Assembly (NCBI GenBank): GCA_021818925.1
Contig: JAKASU010000001.1
Span: 295,972 to 359,971 of the forward strand
Reading direction: 5' to 3'
From: Candidatus Micrarchaeota archaeon
GTDB lineage: Archaea > Micrarchaeota > Micrarchaeia > Micrarchaeales > CABMGC01
Length of the DNA stretch: 64,000 bases
Part shown: piece by piece, positions 62,285-64,000 of the stretch
Position numbering within the stretch: the stretch's first letter is position 1
How the letters are laid out: each line of letters starts with the position of its first letter
The notes under the pieces: generated by a model
The model's input: the letters and a program-made list of their open reading frames with translations, nothing else
Databases searched by the model: none
What the model was told of the DNA's origin: nothing
Made by a program: the position numbers and the translations under genes

Positions 62285-62292
62285 GCAAACGC

Positions 62293-63120
62293 CTACTGCG
62301 CCATCGTTGGCCCTCCGCCGAGCTGCTCCGTGACTGTGACAAGCGGTATCATGTAATCCGGCTCTATGTATTTCAGCAGGTCGCGGCCCTCCACTATGTT
62401 GGACTGCACCCCGAATGTCGCGCTTATCCCAGCGGCTATCTCATCGGCCTGCTGCAGCGCCAGGTTTATCGCTTCCTCCTCGGTGCCGCCCTGCGCCGTT
62501 GTCATCGCGTACGCCTCGAGCGCCTGCGACTTGATCTTGCTCACGTTGTCGAATAGGTTGTGCCACATCGTGACCTCGCCGCGTATCCTCTCCGACTCGG
62601 CCTTTGACACCGTCTTGCTGACGGTGGCAGTCTGGTACTTCTCCTCCGCCTCGTCGAGCTTCGTCTTGATGTTGTTTACGTACTCGTCCTTGTTTATCAC
62701 GTATAGCTGGGCCCCAAACTTCACGGGCAGCTTGGTGAGCGTTAGGGCGCGGCTGAAGAGCCTTGCGAAATCAACCTTCTCGTCCTGGTTCATCTCGCTC
62801 GACGACCTGTACGTAGGTATGGTCACGAAGGCGCTAGCGAATATGTCGGAGCCCCTCCTGACCACTATGGCGTTGTTGGTGGGCGCCATGCGGAACGGCT
62901 CATCAGCGTCTATCACGGCTGTCCTGTTCTTCATCTTCAGCATAGGAATGAAGAAGTCCATGTAGAGCTTTGTCGAGAACGCCAGCAGGTCGATGAGGAG
63001 CGCCACGGCCACCATCGCGAGCTTGATGACCGGACCGAGAGGCAGCAGGTACACTACCAGGACAAGCGTGAACGCGAAAACCAGCAGGATTGCGAAAAGA
63101 AACCTCTGTGAGATTGCCAA
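62293..63120 (-). CDS. 2-TM anchored soluble-domain protein (second copy in cluster B)
   Basis: TM hairpin (FLFAILLVFAFTLVLVVYLLPLGPVIKLAMVAVALLIDLLAF). LPVKFGAQLYVINKDEYVNNIKTKLDEAEEKY occupies the equivalent position to the FPFRF...ELEGRR segment. Confidence 0.5.
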   Translation of the reverse strand: MAISQRFLFAILLVFAFTLVLVVYLLPLGPVIKLAMVAVALLIDLLAFSTKLYMDFFIPMLKMKNRTAVIDADEPFRMAPTNNAIVVRRGSDIFASAFVTIPTYRSSSEMNQDEKVDFARLFSRALTLTKLPVKFGAQLYVINKDEYVNNIKTKLDEAEEKYQTATVSKTVSKAESERIRGEVTMWHNLFDNVSKIKSQALEAYAMTTAQGGTEEEAINLALQQADEIAAGISATFGVQSNIVEGRDLLKYIEPDYMIPLVTVTEQLGGGPTMAQ

Positions 63121-63163
63121 GAGACCACTCGATTATATTATCCATCGCAGGTTTTATACTTTC

Positions 63164-64000
63164 TTATACGAGACCCATCTTTCCCGTGCGCTTCGCCACA
63201 CCTCCTATGAAATCTGCGAGAACCTCCATCGAGTAGTAGGTTATGGCAAGTATCAGCGCGGGGTAGAACAGTATCGAGAGGAAGTATGCCCCCATCGTGC
63301 TCTGCAGCGCTGTCACGTCGGTGACAAGGGGCGAGGTTGGAGACACAGCGTTCGTCTGCGACTGCGTCCCCTGGCTGTTTGCGGTTATCGAAGCGCTCGC
63401 GGCGTTTATGCTCTGTATCACGCCCGTGTTTGTGAAGTAGAAGGCAACGGAGAAGAGCATGGGCATTATGAAGTAGAAGGAGAGCGCGACGGCTATGAGC
63501 ATGCCGCCTATGCTTCTCAGCGGAAGTATCGCGCGGAAGATTATGCCCGGTATCAGGAATACGGGTATGGCTATGTACATGAAGAAGAGTATCATGTAGA
63601 ACTCGGCGCTGAGCGCGAGAAGGCCGTCGAGCAGCAGGCTGCTCAGGACCTGCGCGGGTATGATGAAGAACTGCACTATCTGATTGGCGAGCGGATTAAT
63701 CACTGTGGAGAGGCTGGAGACTGCGGTTTGCGCCGCGCTGCTCTCCGGGCCGAATGACACGTTGAGCGTTATGCTGCCGTAATAGGAGTCGACGAGTATT
63801 ACGTTGTACATGCTCTTTATCGCGGTCTGTGTGGAGTTTATCGTGCTGTTTATGTAGGAGAGCGAGGTGTTGTAGGGGTTTACGGGGCCGGTGATGAACG
63901 CGGGTATGATGCCGAAGAGTATCGCTGAGAGCATCATGAAGAATATCACTATCAGCGCGGTGGCCGTTGCCTCATAGAGCTCTCCGGTGCCGAAGTCCCT
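63164..64000 (-). CDS. polytopic VirB6/CedA-like membrane protein, 5'-truncated by the window edge
   Basis: The reading frame stays open from the track GTG (63949) to position 64000 (...RDFGTGELYEATATALIV-IFFMML), so the gene probably starts outside the window. Homologous by eye to 21099-22100. Confidence 0.55.
   Translation of the reverse strand, partial: RDFGTGELYEATATALIVIFFMMLSAILFGIIPAFITGPVNPYNTSLSYINSTINSTQTAIKSMYNVILVDSYYGSITLNVSFGPESSAAQTAVSSLSTVINPLANQIVQFFIIPAQVLSSLLLDGLLALSAEFYMILFFMYIAIPVFLIPGIIFRAILPLRSIGGMLIAVALSFYFIMPMLFSVAFYFTNTGVIQSINAASASITANSQGTQSQTNAVSPTSPLVTDVTALQSTMGAYFLSILFYPALILAITYYSMEVLADFIGGVAKRTGKMGLV

Noticed and set aside
60191-63757. Plus-strand ORFs of 292, 199, 199 and 254 aa inside cluster B
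   Set aside because: They are antisense to the VirB4-like ATPase and its membrane partners. Composition is Ser/Leu-rich or Arg/Glu/Tyr-rich shadow-frame. The minus-strand frames carry the Walker motifs and TM helices.
1-64000. Scan for CRISPR arrays, rRNA genes, transposases and IS inverted repeats
   Set aside because: I saw no regularly spaced direct repeats of 25-40 nt, no rRNA-like sequence and no transposase-like ORF. The only repeats are intragenic or paralog-derived (pilin 5' ends, LamG linkers).

Overview
Compact, gene-dense, G+C-rich archaeal chromosome segment. The archaeal assignment rests on topo VI subunit B, aIF2-gamma, Nop5, Dph2, ribosomal proteins S6e and L10e, Cdc48, archease, three intron-less tRNAs without encoded CCA, A/T-rich TATA-like boxes about 25 nt upstream of starts, and many class III (prepilin-type) signal peptides. 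Pilin N-termini such as KAQSAMEYLMTYGWAILII recall DPANN/Micrarchaeota-like or Thermoplasmata-like genomes, but I cannot establish lineage from the sequence alone. Housekeeping genes make up roughly half of the window. The remainder is cell-surface and accessory content.

- **Two T4SS-like clusters.** Two syntenic, paralogous clusters are built around a VirB4-type (DEAW) ATPase, a VirB6-like polytopic membrane protein and 2-TM anchored domain proteins.
  - One lies in a visibly A+T-rich 4.8-kb island (20.7-25.5 kb) between an orphan structured RNA and tRNA-Ile. It also encodes a VirB2/CedA1-like two-helix protein.
  - The other has native composition (56.0-64.0 kb, running off the window) and includes a 786-aa bitopic surface glycoprotein.
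  - Neither has an integrase, relaxase or coupling protein in view. I consider this pair the best candidate for an undescribed Ced/Ted-like transfer or contact apparatus.
- **Pilus/adhesin super-locus (29.4-44.2 kb).** Five consecutive prepilin-like genes, three of them giant (7 LamG modules in total, plus a beta-propeller), face a convergent operon. That operon has a PilB/FlaI-type ATPase and split TadB/TadC-like platform genes.
- **Smaller items.**
  - A CBS-domain protein fused to an HPF/RaiA-like domain.
  - A large radical SAM enzyme with a His/Cys-rich tail.
  - An archaeosortase-like protein.
  - Tandem adhesin and pilin paralogs.
  - nop5 followed by an unknown gene instead of fibrillarin.
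  - Several candidate operators.

No rRNA, CRISPR array, transposase or integrase was seen. All functional calls are motif recognition by eye on the supplied translations. No searches were run.
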